Assembly (NCBI GenBank): GCA_000004695.1
Contig: CM000151.3
Coordinates: 544,001-608,000 of the forward strand
Direction of reading: 5' to 3'
DNA: 64,000 bases
From: Dictyostelium discoideum
Taxonomy: Eukaryota
The position numbers and the translations under genes are program-made. Below, one piece after another: positions 26,711 through 39,522 of the stretch (position 1 is the first letter of the stretch; each line of letters opens with the position of its first letter). Below the pieces are notes generated by a model. The model had not been told where the DNA came from. It was given only the letters and a program-made list of their open reading frames with translations, and did not search any database.

Positions 26711-27090
26711 AATCTATTGAATATATATATGTGAGGGTGAGTAATTTAATAAATTTTTTGTTTATAAGGTGATATGTAAGTGGGATGTGTGTGTGAGTGT
26801 TGTAATGTGTGTGTTGTTTTTAATAGAAAGCATTATAATAATAATAACAGGAATTAAATTTATAAATAAAAAAAGTTTTTTTTTTTTTTTTTTTTTTAAG
26901 AATGAGTGTAGAGGGGGAAGATGATTTTTATAAAATAATAATTATTTTATTTTTTATTTTTTTTATTTTGGGTGATATTTTATTAAGAATAATGCCAGCC
27001 AAAATTGCCAATTTGGTGTTGTGTGAATGTGGTGGTGATTTTTGTTGTATGTTATTAAAAAAATGATGTTGGTGTAAGTTTGTAAGGGAT
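26711..27090. promoter_or_regulatory. C-poor, G/T-rich islands (GTGTG-type G-box-like repeats) in the divergent intergenic region between the kinase and the dynamin-like gene
   Basis: The sequences 'atgtgagggtgagt...gggatgtgtgtgtgagtgttgtaatgtgtgtgttg' and 'ggtgttgtgtgaatgtggtggtgatttttgttg' stand out against poly(A/T) surroundings. They resemble Dictyostelium G-box / GBF-type GT-rich elements. This is inference only. Confidence 0.3.
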
Positions 27091-27186
27091 ATATACAAAA
27101 ATTTTAATTTGTAGAGTTTAAAAATAAATAAAATAAAAATTAAGAAAATAAAAAAAAATCTTTATTTTGTTTTAAAAATAAATTTG

Positions 27187-27229
<43 letters not shown>

Positions 27230-27233
27230 AAAA

Positions 27234-27269
<36 letters not shown>

Positions 27270-28265
27270 ATAAACGTTTATTTTCAGTCAAATTGTTTTT
27301 GGTTATAACGTGTTTCCTCAAAAGAAATCTTTAAAAAAAAATAAATTAAAAGAAATTGAATAAAATAAATAATTTTTTAGTTTAGCTAATAAATAACAAT
27401 TAAACAAATAATTTTAAAATAAATAATCCAAAAAAAAAAAAAATTTATTATTTTAACTTTATTTTTTTATTTTTTTTTCTCTTTTTTCTTTTATTTATTT
27501 ATTGCTGTTTTCAAATAAATGATTGGAATTAATTTCAGATAATTTTGATAACATCCAATCAAAAAAATTTTTCATGAATTTTTATTTTCAAATAAAAAAA
27601 TAAAAAAAAAATAAAAAAAAAAAAAAATGTAAAACATAAAAAATGAAAATAACTATTTTAGTAAATTTCACCTTTTAAACTCTTTAGCCAATATTTTTAA
27701 TAAATTGTGTTTGTTGGCTAATTAAAATTTAATAATAAAACTCCATTTCAAAAAAAAAAAAAAAAAAAAATGATTATGGTCATTTTTTTATATTTTATAT
27801 CATTTTGTGTAATTGAGTTCTCTATTTTTATATGCTATATTCAAATAAAATTAAATAAAAATAAAAATAAAAATAAAAATAAAAATAAAATATAAAGGAA
27901 AAAAAAAAAGAAAATGTTGTAAATTTTATTCATAACTTTCATTCTTACAAATATTTGATTAATTCGAAGATATTCTTAAAAAAAAAAATAAAAAATTAAA
28001 ATTAATTTAAAAAAAAAAATAGAAAAAAAAAAATAAAAAATAAATAAAAATTTTTTAAAAAAAAAATTTGGCGCTAATTTCTTTTTTTAGAAGAAATAAT
28101 CTTTTTCTAAGTATCTTATTCTCAATTTTTATATTTTTTTTTTTTTTTTAAAAATGTTTAATTTTTTATTTTTTATTTTTTTTTTAATTTTTTATTTTTT
28201 ATTATCCACCATTAAAATATATTTGTAAATAAAATTAAATAAAATTAAATTAAATAAAATAAAGA

Positions 28266-31098
28266 ATGTCACATCAACAACAACAAGCACATTTTGATAT
28301 CTCTAGTAATAGTACTTTAACAACAAATACAATAGCAACAACTACAAATGCTTCAGTTTCTTCATCACCACAATTAAACAAAGCACAAATGGCAATTGCT
28401 GAAGCTATGGCACTAAAGATGCATGAAGAAGAGAAAAAGAAAAGAGAAGAAAAAAAAAGAAAAAGAGATAATGAAGAGTTATTATCAAAACAAGTTAGAA
28501 CAAAATTAGAAAATGAAAGAAAGAAATTAGATGATTCTGAATCTATTAATGCATCAACAAATCAAGAGTTATATTCATTATTTAATGATTTACAAATGAT
28601 ATCACATGAGTAAGATTATTTTAATTTTAAAAAAAAATAAATAAATAAATAAAAAAAAAAAAAATAAAAAAAAAACTAATATATATATATTATTTTTTTT
28701 TTTAATATATTATATTTATATAATTAGTCATAATATATCATTTGATACACCAGAATTAGTTGTAGTTGGTATGCAATCTGATGGCAAATCATCATTTATT
28801 GAATCATTATTAGGATTTCAATTTAATATTGTAGAGACAAATATTGGTACAAGAAGACCATTGATCATTCAAATGATTAATAATCCTTCAAAACAACAAC
28901 CATCTTGTAGATTTAAAAAAGAAGATTATTCAAACTCATATGGTGGTTCTAGTTCTTCAACATCAACAACAAGTGGTAATAGTAATCATAATACTGATAA
29001 ACAACAAAATGTAAGTAGTAGCCAAGGTGGTGGTGGCGGTTCAAATAATTTAAATGAAGATAAATGGGAAGAATATGAAACACCAGTAAATGAATTAACT
29101 GAAGAGATTATTAGAAGAACTAATGAAAGAACTGGTAGAGCTGGTGATAGAGTATCATCTATACCAATCTTTTTACGTGTTGAATTTGCTCATTGTTCAA
29201 ATTTAAACATTTATGATACACCAGGATTTAGAAAGGGTGGTGATGAACGTTTAAAATATGAAATCTCAGAGATGGTAAAGAAATTAATTGAGCCAAAGAA
29301 TCGTATCATTGTTTGTTTGGAACAATCAAATGTTGAATGGGCAAATACAATCTCAAGACCATTGGTAAAGAAAATTGATCCAGATTTCTCTCGTACGATT
29401 CTAGTGAATACAAAATTTGATAATCGTGTAAAAGAGTTGAGAAATCGTGAATCTGCTCATAAATATTTAGAAGGTGAGGGAATAATAGCACAAAAGAAAC
29501 CATTTTTCATTTCCCTTCCATTGAAGAGAAATTTAGAGACTCATAGATTCAAAGATGCAATGAAGGAAACATTCCTTGATGATTATAGAAAACTTTTAGA
29601 GATTGGATTCGATGAGAATAGATTTGGTGGACAAATTGGTATTTACAAGGTTAGACAATATGTAGAGAATTTACTTCATGAAAAGTATCAACAGAATCTA
29701 TTGCCAAGTATGTTGCAATTAGAGTCGATTTGCAAGAAAACCGAAGCGGATATCGTTCGTGTTAAAAAGGAATTATCAGATAATAACATTGTAACTTTGA
29801 AAGAGAAAGTGATGAGATTCGTCTCTAATTTCAATGGTCAAATCGAGAGATTGTTAGAAGGTAGTGTTGTTGGTGATCCTGATGAGTTTGGTCAAACTTT
29901 ACTTCAAGAGAAAGAGAATTGCTCCGTTCAACCATGGCCTGGTTATAATTTTGATTTTGATATTCAAAATTCAAATTATAGTTTGTATGGTGGTGCACAA
30001 TATGAAAGATTGTTAAATGAATTCGAGTTTGTAATTCATTCTAAAGAGTTTCCAGAGACCTCCATCAATGAGGTAGCCTCTGCCATTGGTGTATCGAAAT
30101 CTCATAATTCACCAATTTATGAATTGGCTGCAACTAATATCTTTCAAACAAAATCAAAAAAAGTGTTACTACCATTGATCGATATTGTGTTACAACGTTC
30201 ATCTTATATTATGAAGAGACTATTCGATATTAGTGTATCGATTTTAGGAAAGGATGAGAATGAATCATCTCATACCGTATCATTGTATGAACATTTCCTA
30301 AAGGAATTACAATCTCAATATGAAAAATTCATTCAAACCATTGAATCGGAGTGTAAATCACGTTTAAAGGATGACTTTGAAATGTTTACAAAGATTGTTG
30401 ATTGGAATTTACTATCTGGTTTAACTGAAATTAAACCTTACAACTATCTTAAAGTGTCACCAGAAGAGACCAAACAAAGAGTAATCTCAATAATGGATTG
30501 TAAAAAATTGGAAGATGAACCACTATCCAGATCAAGAAATATCGATGATGATACCTATCAAAAGGTTTGCATGATCGCTGGTCGTCTATTCTCTGGTATT
30601 CGTTTCTTTTTCTCAAAACTCATTAGAAACAAATTGAATGCTTTCTTTTTAGATCCAATGTTTCAAAAGTTGGGTAGTTTTGTCACTGATTATTTCTCAA
30701 AATTAAATGATCAAAAATATGAAGAAATGTTTCAATTAGGTTTAAAAGAATTGGAAAATAAATTACATAAATTAGAATTTCAATTAATTGATTGTAAAAA
30801 GAATAGAGATAAATTTAAAGATGTTTATAATAGAATGAAACAATCATTAAATCAAAATCAAAATCAAAATTCTTCATCTTCTTCTAATAGTGCAAGCAGT
30901 AGTAATAATAATGTAATAATAAAACACCAACAATCTTTAAATGGAAAATTTTCAACACCTGATAAAAACTCTTTAACAATGTCCCCTTTCACTTCACCAT
31001 TTACACAATCAAATTATCACCAACATAATAATAATAATTATCAAATTAATCAACAACCATTAGATATCAATAATGATCATTATTTTGATCAAAATTAA
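28266..31098 (+). CDS. Dynamin-like protein of the ARC5/DRP5 (plastid-division-type) subfamily. Two exons: 28266..28609 and 28728..31098.
   Basis: Exon 2 opens with the GTPase P-loop 'VVGMQSDGKSSFIESLLGFQFN...GTRRPL', the GxQSxGKSS variant typical of ARC5/DRP5-like Dlp proteins. G2-G4 follow: 'DTPG' and 'TKFD'. Exon 1 is a charged N-terminal extension ending ga|GTAAGA. The acceptor 'aattag|T' at 28727 restores the frame in phase 2. The gene is probably one of dlpA, dlpB or dlpC, but I cannot tell which. Confidence 0.75.
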
Positions 31099-31485
31099 TA
31101 TAAAATAAAAAAAATTGGTAATAATTTTATTTTTATAAAAATAAAGTATAAATTGATTTCTTTTTAGATTTTTTTTTTTTTTTTTTTTCATTCCCACAAT
31201 CATTGTTATATTTTTTAATTTAAAAAAAAAAAATAAAAAAATAAAAAAATAAAATAAAAAGATTGATTTGTGTTTTGTTGTTAAAATAAACTGATACTCC
31301 CACACTCTCGTTGCTTTAAAACAAAATTCGAATTTTTATTTTTTTATTTTTTTTTTATTTTTTTTTAATTTTTCTTTTTTTTTTTTTTTTTGTTTTTTTT
31401 TTTTTTTTTTGAATTTTTTTTTTTTGAATTTTTAATTAAATTAAATAGTATTGTATTATTAATAATTAAATAATAATATTATAAA

Positions 31486-33231
31486 ATGAATATTGAATTA
31501 ATTAATACAAATGAAAGATTTATATTAATAAATAATGGTAATAAAGATAAATCATTAAATATTGATAAACATTCAGTTAAAGCTAGTATTAGTGTTGGTG
31601 TACCAAAAAATAATGAAAAGGTTTTAACAAGAATTGAAAATGTTAAAGGTATAATCGGTTGTATTCAATTGGTATCAGGTCATTATTTAATGATATTCAA
31701 AGAACATAATCATGTTGCAACTGTGACAGGTAAGAAAATCTATCAAATGAAAGATGTCGAATTGATTCCATTCTTTCCAAATCAGCAATCACTAGTATCA
31801 ATCCCCGATCAAGATGCCGAGGAACAACATTTATCGATGATTAGATGGTTATTGTCGTCAGAGAATTTCTATTTCTCATATGACTATGATTTCACTCTTA
31901 CACTTCAAAGACAGTATTCAACCACCACCACCACCACAAGCGGATCGTCATTAGGCGAGCGTTGTGATTCACGTTTCTTTTGGAACGAAAAGTATGTTAC
32001 AATTTTAAGTAAAGAGCATGGTTTGGGTGACTGGATTCTACCAATTACAATGGGCTTTGTGGAGTCAAAGACATTGGGTGGTACTTGCCAATTCACTTTA
32101 ATTTCACGTAGAAATTTAAATCGTTCTGGTACACGTTATAATGTACGTGGTATTGATAAGAAGGGTAATGTCGCTAATAATGTAGAGACTGAGCAGATTA
32201 TTGAGATCAAGGAGAACACTTTCACATCATTCGTGCAAGTTAGAGGCTCGATCCCATTGCTATGGTCACAATTCCCAACTTTGAAATACAAACCATCGGT
32301 TAAATTCTACGGTGATGAGAAGGAGAACTCCCAAGCATTGGAGCAACACTTTAAACAACTTCACCAACTCTATGGCTCCACCACCGTGGTCAACCTTATC
32401 GATCGTAAAGGTGCCGAATTAAAATTAGGTGAGGCCTATGAAGAACGTGTTAAATCTTTGAAAGATGTTCATTATGTTTGGTTTGATTTCCATTCAATTT
32501 GTAAAGGTATGCGTTATGACAAGTTGTCCATACTCATGGACCAGTTAAAGGACGATTTGAAGCAGTATGGCTTCTTTTTCGTTGAGGATGGTAAAATCGT
32601 TCAAAAACAACAAGGTGTTTTCCGTACGAATTGTATCGATAATTTAGACAGAACCAATGTAGTGCAATCTTTAATCACTCGTCACTCCTTGGAGAACCAA
32701 ATGGCAAGTGTATTGAATAAACAAATCCCATCAACCACTTTCAAAGGCGACCAGTTTGAGTATGTATTTAAGAATATCTGGGCCGACCATGGTGATGCTA
32801 TCTCCACTCAATACTCTGGCACTGGCGCATTAAAGAATGATTTCACTCGTACTGGTAAAAGAAATTTCCAAGGTGTACTTAGAGATGGTGAAAATTCAGT
32901 TAAAAGATATTATTTAAATAACTTTAAAGATGGTTTCCGTCAAGATAGTTACTTTTTATTCACAAATCCATCAGTTGATTTAACCACTGCTAAACAACAT
33001 GAATCAAAACCACCCTCACCTCTAATTTGGATCTTTTCATTTGTATTTGCTGCTATCTTTTTAGCAAATTTATATCTCCCTTCTGCTACTTCATCAATTG
33101 GTGGTTTCATTTCTCAAACTACCGTTTTAGTTGGTTCAGTTTTCTTTGCTCTTAAATTAGCTATGAAATATCAAGCTTCAATAGTTGATAAACCAACTTT
33201 ATTTAAATTAGATTCAATTTATAAAAACTAA
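31486..33231 (+). CDS. sac1: SAC-domain phosphoinositide phosphatase (Sac1-type, PI4P phosphatase) with C-terminal transmembrane segments
   Basis: Catalytic CX5R(T/S) motif 'RTNCIDNLDRTNVVQS'. Two hydrophobic C-terminal helices ('LIWIFSFVFAAIFLANLYL', 'TVLVGSVFFALKLAM') are typical of ER Sac1. Single 581-aa ORF. Confidence 0.85.
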   Translation: MNIELINTNERFILINNGNKDKSLNIDKHSVKASISVGVPKNNEKVLTRIENVKGIIGCIQLVSGHYLMIFKEHNHVATVTGKKIYQMKDVELIPFFPNQQSLVSIPDQDAEEQHLSMIRWLLSSENFYFSYDYDFTLTLQRQYSTTTTTTSGSSLGERCDSRFFWNEKYVTILSKEHGLGDWILPITMGFVESKTLGGTCQFTLISRRNLNRSGTRYNVRGIDKKGNVANNVETEQIIEIKENTFTSFVQVRGSIPLLWSQFPTLKYKPSVKFYGDEKENSQALEQHFKQLHQLYGSTTVVNLIDRKGAELKLGEAYEERVKSLKDVHYVWFDFHSICKGMRYDKLSILMDQLKDDLKQYGFFFVEDGKIVQKQQGVFRTNCIDNLDRTNVVQSLITRHSLENQMASVLNKQIPSTTFKGDQFEYVFKNIWADHGDAISTQYSGTGALKNDFTRTGKRNFQGVLRDGENSVKRYYLNNFKDGFRQDSYFLFTNPSVDLTTAKQHESKPPSPLIWIFSFVFAAIFLANLYLPSATSSIGGFISQTTVLVGSVFFALKLAMKYQASIVDKPTLFKLDSIYKN

Positions 33232-33331
33232 ATATAAAAATAAATAATAAATAAATAAATAAATAAATAATTGATTTGTGTGTGTGTGTGTAATTAAATG
33301 TTTTTATTTATTTATTTATTTATTAATTTTT

Positions 33332-34317
33332 TTATAAATTTGAAGAATTTAAAAAATTTAAAGAAATTGAAGCAACATTTTCTAAAGCATTCTCTTCAGG
33401 GAATAAATGAGTTGCATTTAAAATTACAGCTAATTTCTTTTCTAATTTATTATTATTAATTTTATTTAAAAATATTTTATTGTGTTCCAATGTTTCTTTA
33501 TCATCACCACCACAAAGCAATAAAATTCTTGTACTAATTGATTTAATTGAATTTTCATTACATAATGATAATCTACCACTTCTTGATATAATTGAATTAA
33601 TTTTAATACCTAATGATAATACTTTTTTTTCACATTCTATTATACCAGCACTACCTGTTGAACTACCAAAATAAATTAAATCTAAATCTATTATTAATTT
33701 AAAAAATATATAAATATGTTAATAATACAAATAAATAAATAAATTAAAAAATTAATAAATTTATAAAATAATTAAAAATATAATACGTTTTAATTTTTGA
33801 TTTAAAATTATGAATTGAGTTGCATTTAAAATTCTATTTGAAATGAAATTTAAATTATATTTAAATTCACCAGTAATGTTATTTAATCTTTCTTCTTGTG
33901 GTGTTAATATATCAAATAGTAATGTTGAGTAACCCATATTTTGAAAATATTTTGATAGATAAAGATTACGTGGTGAAAATCTACTACTTCCAATACCATG
34001 AACAAATATAATTATACCTTTTGATTTTTCATTAAAATTAACAATACCTTCTAAATAAATATCTTCTGATTTAATAGTTACATATTCTTTTATAAATTGT
34101 AATTCACAATTATTATTATTTAAATTATTTAAACTATTATTATTATTATTATTTAAATTAATTCCATCACCCTTATTAATATATGAAAAGCAGTTTTTTT
34201 CAGTATCATAAAAGGTATTACTATTATTTATAGGTGGTGCACATCCTGTTTCATTACCAGAGCTACTTCCTACTCCTCCTCCACTACTACAATAACTACT
34301 AATATTATTATTGTTAA

Positions 34318-34385
<68 letters not shown>

Positions 34386-34489
34386 GTACTGCTTCCACAT
34401 AATATATCGTTTATATTATTTATAATTTCATTTGAAATAAAATTATTATTATTGTAATTTGAATCCATTTTTAACTTTTTTTTGATCAT
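33332..34489 (-). CDS. Alpha/beta-hydrolase fold protein (dienelactone-hydrolase-like), two exons: 34489..33787 and about 33687..33332. It has a poly-N N-terminal region.
   Basis: Exon 1 reads 'GIIIFVHGIGSSRFSPRN' (oxyanion/HG region). Exon 2 reads 'LIYFGSSTGSAG' (GxSxG nucleophile elbow), 'LLLCGGDD' (acid) and 'NATHLF' (His), giving an S-D-H triad. The donor c|GTATTA and an acceptor at 33688 (or 33682) keep the frame in phase 1. Confidence 0.65.
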
Positions 34490-34705
34490 ATGTGGTAATT
34501 GTGAAAAAATACACTTTTATTTTTTTTTTATTTTTTTTTTTTTTTATATATATTTGTTAATATTTGTATTGGTATTTTAAAATTATTAAATAATATAATT
34601 ACTATGTTTTTTTTTTTTTTTTTTTTTTTTACCTTTATACTGCTTTTTAAATTTTTTGTATTTTATTTATCTTTTAATTTATTTTTTTGTATTTTATATA
34701 TCTTT

Positions 34706-34740
<35 letters not shown>

Positions 34741-34992
34741 TAAAAACTTTTTATTTTGGATGGTAGTACTATAATAATTAAACTACAATAAATCCATATT
34801 TGAAAATTGAATCTTTAAAATTAGATTTATTAAATTTGGTTTTTACAACTTGCTACTTTTTTTTTTTTTTTTTTTTTTAAATTATTTTATATTTATTTTA
34901 TTTCACTTTTATTTTTTTAATTTTATTTTATTGTTAAATAATTACTTTAAAAAAAAAAAAAACCACCACCACCAATGTATACATTATAATTT

Positions 34993-35034
<42 letters not shown>

Positions 35035-35170
35035 AAAGGGGTGTTTTTACGTCATTTTTCTATAAATGGTGTTTTATATAAGTTATAGTGTGTATTAACA
35101 TAAAGTATATGAATTTATAAAATTGATTTAGAAAATTTAAATGAGAAAAATATTTAATGATATATGGTAT

Positions 35171-35219
<49 letters not shown>

Positions 35220-35562
35220 AATTAAGTTATTTTTATTTTCTTTGAGTTAAAAAAAAACTAAAGATTAAAAATATAGTTATCTAAATTATTTTTTATAATA
35301 ATATCAATTAATATATTTGAGAGAATTAATTTTTAAAATAAAAAAAAAAAAAAAAAAAAAATTAAAAAAACCATTTTCTTTTAATTAATATTTCTGATTT
35401 TTTTATTATGGAGATAATCATAAAATTAAAAATTAGGTTTATAAAATTAATTAAATCATTGATCAACTATTTTTAAACTACACAAGATTCAAGTAACCAC
35501 AAATAATATTATTACCTTTGAAAAGAAATATAAAAGCAATTGAATTCATAAATTATATTTTG

Positions 35563-35593
<31 letters not shown>

Positions 35594-35650
35594 CCTTTGA
35601 AATTTAAAAGTCAAGGCAACTGAAAATTTCTTGTAGGTAGGTTTCTGATT

Positions 35651-35683
<33 letters not shown>

Positions 35684-35869
35684 GTGAAATAAAATATAAA
35701 ATTTTTTTTTTTTTTTAACTTTATCTGATTCTGTCTTTCAAAAAAAAAAAATTGAAAAAAAAAAAAAAATTGACAAAAAAAAAAATTATGAAAAATAAAA
35801 ATAAAAAAATCCCATAATTTGAATTAATCATATAAAAATATTTAAATGTTGTTTGTTGAATTATAAAAA

Positions 35870-36030
35870 TCATTCCAAATTCAACGATGTTTAGAGTCAC
35901 TTGGATCTTGTGTCTCAGATAAGATAAAAGTGCTAAATCGATTGATATACCGAAAGTAACAGAAGATTATCTGTCAGTTTGTTATATAATGACATTATTG
36001 CTAGTAGGTCTTCTGATATCACCCTTTATT
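35870..36030. other. About 160-nt compositionally distinct island (roughly 35% GC) in a poly(A/T) intergenic region. Candidate small non-coding RNA or conserved regulatory block.
   Basis: The sequence 'cattccaaattcaacgatgtttagagtcacttggatcttgtgtctcagataagataaaagtgctaaatcgattgatataccgaaagtaacagaagattatctgtcagtttgttatataatgacattattgctagtaggtcttctgatatcaccc' has no ORF longer than 20 codons on either strand. It contains CUGA / AUGA-like boxes and an 'AUUAUUGCUA' element. Confidence 0.25.
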
Positions 36031-36365
36031 TTAAATAAAAAAAACATATAATTTTTAAATTTAATTTTTTAAAAATAAAAAATATTCTTAACAATACATT
36101 TTATTTTAAAAAAAATGGTATTAATTTGTAATATAAAAGATGAATTTGATTTGTTTATTAGATTAATAATTAAATCAAATTCATCTTTTATATTATAAAT
36201 TAGTACTATTTTTTTTTTAAAAAAAAAAGTACAAGTTACAATATTCGATCAAAAAATTACAACATTAAATAAAATACAAGAATTATATTTTTTTAAAAGA
36301 ATTATAATTGTATGTTTTTTCTTTTAAAATTTTATTTTATTTTATTTTATTTTATTTTATTACGA

Positions 36366-36405
<40 letters not shown>

Positions 36406-36600
36406 TTAATTGATTGATGAGTTAGGGAATTCACATTCTTCGTTTTTTTAAAATAAAAATAAAAATAAAAAAAAAAATAAAAAAAATTTTATTCGTTTTT
36501 TTTTTTTTTTTTTTTTTATATAAATTAAAATTTTTTTTATTTTTCATTTATTTTTAAAAAAAAAACTTGTAAAAATAACATTATTTCTAGTATAATAATA

Positions 36601-38875
36601 ATGGAAAATGAAACATCAATTGTAAAAGAAGAAGAAACTACTGTTGTGCCAACACCAACAAATGATATTGAAAAAACAGATTCAGTAACAACTGCAACTA
36701 CAACTACTGCAACTACTACTGAAACATCAGCAACTACAACATCAACACCAAATACACAACCAATAGATAATGTAAATACAAATACAAATTCTTCATCTTC
36801 TTCTTCATTCCCACATAAAGTTGATAGAACTGAAGAAAGTTTAGGTATTAAATTATTTTTAGGTAAATCAGGATCATGGAGTGGACTTTTAAAACAAAGA
36901 TTTTCAGATTTTATTGTTAATGAAATTGATGAACAAGGAAATGTAATTCATTTAAAAAATGTGGATTATAAAGCAGATGAACAACAACAATCAACTGAAT
37001 CAACTGAATCAACAACAACCAAAGAAGAAGATTTACAAAAATTAGTTGGTGAAGAGAAAACTAAAGAATTTACACAATTCTTTGATGGTCCAAATAAAAC
37101 TGATCCAAAAGCATTCTTTTTATTTGATGTAAATGAAAATAAAGAACAAAGAACTGAATTACATAAAGTTATAAAATTAAGATATAATTTAGTTTCTGAA
37201 ACTGATAATGGTAAAGTTAAAGTTTGGGCTGAGGCGTATGTATTTTAAAATAATAATAATAAATAATAAATAATAAATAATAATAAATAATAATAAATAA
37301 TTAAAATATATTTTATTTAGTAATCCAAAAAAGAAATCAATTAATGATAGACAACAATGGCCAATTGGTAAACCAAAATATGTTGAATTTAAATTATGTA
37401 AAGAGAATAGAGATACGATGGATACATTGAGTATGATGTCAAGAATATTAAGAAATAGTGAAAAGAATTTCTCATTTGCAGGTACAAAAGATAAGAGAGG
37501 TATAACTACACAAAGGGTTACCGTTTGGAAAGTTACACCAGAGAAATTGGTTGAATTGAATAATAGGATCTCAACACTTTCACCACCAGTTCGTATTGGT
37601 GAGTATAGATTCGTAGAGAATCATTTAAGGTTGGGTGATTTATCAGGTAACAGATTCTCTATTGTAATTAGAGAGATTCAAGGCGCCGATGACCAATTGA
37701 TAACAGAATCCATTGAAACTTTCAAGAAAACTGGATTCATTAATTATTTTGGTATGCAAAGATTTGGTACTGGTGCAATTCCAACCTATGAGATTGGCAT
37801 TGCAATGATTCAAGGTAATTGGGAGAAAGCTGCAAAGTTAATACTAGATCCACGTGATGGTGAACGTGATGACGCAACCAAAGCCAGACTCTATTATAAA
37901 GAAACTGGCGATATTAAAAAAACACTCACAATGTTGCCACGTGGTTTAAACGCAGAGAGAAAGCTATTACTCGGTTTAAAGAATGGTCAGTCCTCTTATC
38001 AAGATGCTTTCTACAGTATACCACGTACACTTCGTATGCTCTATACTCATAGTTATCAATCTTTAATTTGGAATTTAATGGCAACAAAAAGAATTGAATT
38101 ATTTGGTTTTAATAAACCAATCGTTGGTGATTTAGTTATAATTTCTGAAGAATCAATTGATAATAAAAAAAATGAAGAAGAATCAAAAGATAATAACAAT
38201 AATAGTAATGATGGTGAAGAAGAAATTGGTGGTGATGAAACTGAAATTGAAGAGAAAAAAGTTATAAAAGTTGATTATGTTACAGAAGATGATGTAAAGA
38301 ATGATCGTTATACAATTCAACAAGTTGTTTTACCATTAATTGGTGGTAGTACAATTTTACCAAAGAATATTATTGGTGAATTGTATGTTGAAGAATTAGC
38401 AAAGAGTAATATTCAACCATCACAATTTATTAGTAAAAATCGTGCAATCGATCTTAGAGGTGGTTATCGTAAATTATTGGAAACTGCCAAAGATACCACC
38501 TATAAGATTTTCAATTACGATGATTTCACAATTCCATTAGCATTATCTGATATTGAAATTCTTAAAGGCTCTCAAGAACCAGTCGATGTTCCTAATGGTA
38601 AACATAAAGCAGTTAGAGTTTGTTTCAATTTACCAAGTTCAACTTATGCAACAATGGCATATCGTGAAATTTTAAAATCATCAAGTGATATGACTTCTCA
38701 AATGAATATGATCAATAAGAATGTTAATTCAAATAATAAAAGAACTTTAGTAGATATTAATAATAATAATAATAATAATGATAAAAATGATGCAATATCA
38801 TCTGAAACTAAAGAAAAGGTTAATTCTGGTCAAATTGAAGAACAACCATTAAAAAAACAAAATACAAATCAATAA
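36601..38875 (+). CDS. pus7: tRNA/multisubstrate pseudouridine synthase Pus7 (TruD family). Two exons: 36601..37235 and 37321..38875.
   Basis: The TruD catalytic motif 'FSFAGTKDKRGITTQRVTV' (GxKD) is in exon 2. The donor gc|GTATGT at 37236 and the acceptor 'tttatttag|T' at 37321 are consistent in phase 2. The N-terminus is T/S-rich. Confidence 0.8.
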
Positions 38876-39195
38876 AAAACAAAAAAATAAAATAAAAAAT
38901 TAAAAAGATTATCATGTTTTGTGTGGTTAAATAATCGATTTGTTTTTGAACAGGCACACCCATGGAATTTTTTTGGATATTTTTTTTTGAAAAAAAAAAA
39001 AAAAAAATAATTCATTTAAAAAAAAAAATCAAAAAAAAAAAAAAATATCTTGTGAATAATTTGTTGTGGTAATCATTTTTTTTTTTTTTTAAAACGGCCA
39101 TATTTTTTTCTTCTTTAAAATACCCATGTCATATTAAAAAAATAAAATAAACTTAATACATATATATATTTATAAAAAAACTAAAAATAAAAAAA

Positions 39196-39476
39196 ATGAT
39201 TAAAATATTTTTTTTTTTCATTTCAATTTTATTTTTAATAATAAATTTCAATTTTTCAAATGGAATCGTACCACCAATTGATGAATTTAATGCATTACAA
39301 AATCTAATTTTAAAGTTTAACCTCACAACGTTGGAAAATAAACCAATTACTGAAATTTGTAGTAATGATGTATCATGTAATCAAACAACTGGGTCATTTA
39401 TTATGTAAGTTTTTAAGATTTTTTATTTTATTTATTTTATTTATTTTATTTTATTTTTTTTAAATTGTGTATTAAT

Positions 39477-39522
<46 letters not shown>

